A DNA stretch of 64,000 bases, taken from positions 17,564,871 to 17,628,870 of the forward strand of contig NC_092676.1 of the NCBI RefSeq assembly GCF_964355755.1, written 5' to 3'. The translations under genes were made by a program, and so were the position numbers. Below are positions 61,235 through 64,000 of the stretch, piece by piece; the stretch's first letter is position 1, and every line of letters starts with the position of its first letter. The DNA comes from Antedon mediterranea. Lineage: Eukaryota; Animalia; Echinodermata. The notes below the pieces were generated by a model. The model was not told where the DNA came from and did not search any database. It saw nothing but the letters and a program-made list of their open reading frames with translations.

Positions 61235-64000
61235 TCAAAAATAGAATTCATCGCTAACACATTGTAATGCATTGCCTGAATTCAGTACTGAGTCTTCGAA
61301 GTCTGCTTCAATAACATCTAAACGGTTAAGTTCTAATGAAATACTATCCCATAGACTTGTTCCGTCACTGGTGCTGTCATCGGAAACTGGCCTATAGTGG
61401 TTATTTAGATATCCTTTGTGTTGACCGGTTGCTGTATCTCTATTTGTTAACGTACCGTCTTGATTTTTCGAACTATTAGTATTTAATCCGACTAGAGATT
61501 TACTTCTACAACTACTAGTTGAATCTCCATTTTCTGCTTGCTTCAGACCATCACTTATTCCCGCGTGAAGATCTGTAGGTTCTTCAATATCTGTCACCCG
61601 TCTCTCGTCCATCGCCTCAAAAGATTCATCTGTACTTGTTTCAGATTCGTTTAATTCTTCGTCTGAATCACTTATGTGCAATGTACTTGACAATGATGTT
61701 ATTGAAAGGGTTTTCCCGTTTCCGTCAATTCTTTCATCTCGTTTACCAGGTATTATATCTAAGTCACCATATTCATTGATCTTTACTGTTAATGTTTTTT
61801 TAAAGTCTTCCAGCATTGAATCATCGACTGTGTTAATGCAATCATCCTGGTAACTTGAATCTCCATAGCCGTTTTTAAATGCTACTTCCACTGGTGTTAA
61901 AGGAATCGGAGTAGTTGGACCAGAGTATTCACAGGTTGTTTTTGGTTTTGATGTATAACATTTAAGTTCATCGTTAATGATAGCGTCTGAGACTACGTGG
62001 TTCGTATCAGGACCATTCCAGGCTGATTCTTCGTGACCGTTCAAATATAAATGGTCACTATTAAATCTTCTCATTTCCCCATAACCCATTGTCCGCTCCG
62101 CCATATACTGACCAAACTCGATCATGTCTTCACGCGATAGGTAACGTTTATGGACATCTTTCCATTTACCCTCCATATTTACGTCATGAGTTATCCCTGC
62201 TTTTTGATAGTGACGCCCTATGGCGACGTAATCATCTTGTAAGTCGCGTCCTTTATTATCATAACAGTGGACTTCAGGTTTGACATTCAAATGGTATTTA
62301 TTAGATCTGTTACATTTTTTCTTATGTTTACAACATAAGTAGCAAAATATGATAGTGATTATTGTTGACGTCGATGTTACTATAGCTGTTACGATAATAA
62401 CAACCAGATTGTTCCGCGATACATTGGTTGTTAATGTTAGATTTGATGTTTGTATCTGTATAGTTTTTGTATCTTGCCCCATTACATTGGTTGCAGTGCA
62501 TCTGTATTCTTCAATTCTTGTATCTGTGATTTCTGAAATCAGAAGTATGCCGTCAGTGATTTTGATTTCTGTGGTTTGAACCGTTTCAATATTTGTACAA
62601 TTTATTTTAGGTATTGGAATTCCGTAAGCCATGCACGTTATGTTAAATTTACCTCTAGCGTTGGGAACTACTACATTAGAAACGAAGTCAACAACTGGCG
62701 GTTTACAAACCATCTCATCCACTGGCAAATCAAAAACGTCTTGTAGGTAAAATTCATTTGGCGATTGGCATATTATCTGTGAATTGTCTAGGAAAGGAAA
62801 CGTTTCCTTATCTGAAAATAATTTCAGAAACTCTTTAAAAAAACAGTCACAACTCCAGGGATTATTTTGCAAACGAAGTTGACGAATGTTCGGTAGTTTC
62901 CCAAATGCATTGCGATTTAAGTTAGTCAAGCAAGTATTCTGTAAATTTAATAGTTCTAAGTGCTTTAATTCACCGAAAGCAAGTGCCTCTATTTGTTGTA
63001 AACACATGCCAGACAAGTCCAATTCTAGTAACGCTTTGAAATTTGTAAAAGAAGAATTTCCGACGAATGTGATATTGTTATTTGAAAGATCTAGCACAGT
63101 TACGTAACTCATACTATGTATACTCGGAATTTCTGTCAAGATATTTGCTTTCAAAATCAGATGCCTTAGTTCTGGAAAAATATCAAAAGTTTCAGTTGAT
63201 ACAGATTTGATATGGTTAAATGACAGATCAAGTAATTGTATATTTTTCCAATTACAGTCAGTGGGACCATTGACGGTTTGAATACGGTTGTGATGCAATG
63301 AAAGCTCTTTCACGTTTTCATGACAGTAAAATAGGATTTCTTCTGAATTTTTTATCTTATTATTAGAGAGAAAGATGCTTTCTAAATTCAAAGAATGTTG
63401 AAATGCGTTTGCTTCAATTGAGTGTATATTATTTCTAGATAAATCCAGTTTGATAAGAGATGACAATCCATTTAAGGTTTCTCTTGATATGTGATCAATG
63501 TTGTTTCTACGAAGATTCAGCTCTAACAGACTAATCAATGACGACAATGATTTATTAGTTATTGAGTGGATGTTATTGTTTTCAAGATTTAGATACTTCA
63601 AATGTTTTTGGCCCGTGAACAGGTCTACTGACAACTCTTTGATTAAGTTGCCACTTATGTCCAGCCTTACGAGACGCTTCATTTTTGAAAATGTGTGACC
63701 CGGTAAATCAATTATACTATTAACAGAAATATCCAAGTCTACAACGGTAACTAATCCTTCAAACGAATCTTCTTCGATTGTATCAATAGAGTTAAAAGAA
63801 ATGTTTAAAAACGAAAGAGTTCTTAGGCCGCTGAAAACAAATCGCGGCAGTGTTTTTATTTGGTTAAGTGACAGGTCAAGTCGTTCCAGACTAGATAATT
63901 TGTTAAAACTATCTGAAAGACTTTTTACTTTATTTTTGCTGATATCAATTGTTCTCAGTGATTCTGCGACGTTGGAAAATGCACTATTACCAATAAATGC
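61235..64000 (-). CDS. LRR-LRRCT-Ig-transmembrane receptor-like protein, single long exon, 5'-partial (at least 921 aa)
   Basis: The frame is open from 64000 (AFIGNSAFSNVAESLRTIDISKN..) to the stop at 61235. Many LRRs, NNPWSCDC cap, Ig (ITCMAYGIPIP..YRCTATNVMG), TM (LVVIIVT..IIIIFCYLCC) and a long acidic tail with no recognisable TIR. Confidence 0.93.
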   Translation of the reverse strand, partial: AFIGNSAFSNVAESLRTIDISKNKVKSLSDSFNKLSSLERLDLSLNQIKTLPRFVFSGLRTLSFLNISFNSIDTIEEDSFEGLVTVVDLDISVNSIIDLPGHTFSKMKRLVRLDISGNLIKELSVDLFTGQKHLKYLNLENNNIHSITNKSLSSLISLLELNLRRNNIDHISRETLNGLSSLIKLDLSRNNIHSIEANAFQHSLNLESIFLSNNKIKNSEEILFYCHENVKELSLHHNRIQTVNGPTDCNWKNIQLLDLSFNHIKSVSTETFDIFPELRHLILKANILTEIPSIHSMSYVTVLDLSNNNITFVGNSSFTNFKALLELDLSGMCLQQIEALAFGELKHLELLNLQNTCLTNLNRNAFGKLPNIRQLRLQNNPWSCDCFFKEFLKLFSDKETFPFLDNSQIICQSPNEFYLQDVFDLPVDEMVCKPPVVDFVSNVVVPNARGKFNITCMAYGIPIPKINCTNIETVQTTEIKITDGILLISEITDTRIEEYRCTATNVMGQDTKTIQIQTSNLTLTTNVSRNNLVVIIVTAIVTSTSTIITIIFCYLCCKHKKKCNRSNKYHLNVKPEVHCYDNKGRDLQDDYVAIGRHYQKAGITHDVNMEGKWKDVHKRYLSREDMIEFGQYMAERTMGYGEMRRFNSDHLYLNGHEESAWNGPDTNHVVSDAIINDELKCYTSKPKTTCEYSGPTTPIPLTPVEVAFKNGYGDSSYQDDCINTVDDSMLEDFKKTLTVKINEYGDLDIIPGKRDERIDGNGKTLSITSLSSTLHISDSDEELNESETSTDESFEAMDERRVTDIEEPTDLHAGISDGLKQAENGDSTSSCRSKSLVGLNTNSSKNQDGTLTNRDTATGQHKGYLNNHYRPVSDDSTSDGTSLWDSISLELNRLDVIEADFEDSVLNSGNALQCVSDEFYF

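Noticed and set aside
62089-63698. Several plus-strand ORFs (also 52376-52567 and 58803-59089)
   Set aside because: Antisense shadows of genuine minus-strand coding sequence.

Overview
AT-rich, intron-rich animal genomic DNA, probably an echinoderm (inferred from TAGGCCTA-rich 5' regions and the repeat types; not provable here). Manual splicing gives seven protein-coding genes. (1) A multi-exon LRR protein with a signal peptide (minus, 3' end unresolved). (2) An 8-finger C2H2 zinc-finger gene. (3) A 4-exon JHAMT-like SAM methyltransferase. (4) A complete 36-coding-exon spliceosomal helicase Aquarius (AQR, about 1452 aa). (5) An intronless, C-terminally truncated BMPER/crossveinless-2-like VWC gene nested antisense in AQR intron 33. 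(6) A 2-exon, 95-aa Cys-rich membrane peptide that the ORF track only partly shows and that resembles plant TAXIMIN peptides. (7) An intronless LRR-Ig-TM receptor running off the right edge. Mobile DNA includes a decayed Academ-like transposon, a P-like MITE carrying a LINE fragment, Helitron and Helentron-type non-autonomous elements, PIF/Harbinger MITEs, and LINE/SINE remnants. The most unusual structures are about 56 tandem copies of an AQR 5' splice site, an apparently perfect 848-bp inverted duplication enclosing one in-frame LRR exon, the TAXIMIN-like peptide, and the nested BMPER half-gene. All homology calls come from recalled motifs, not database searches.
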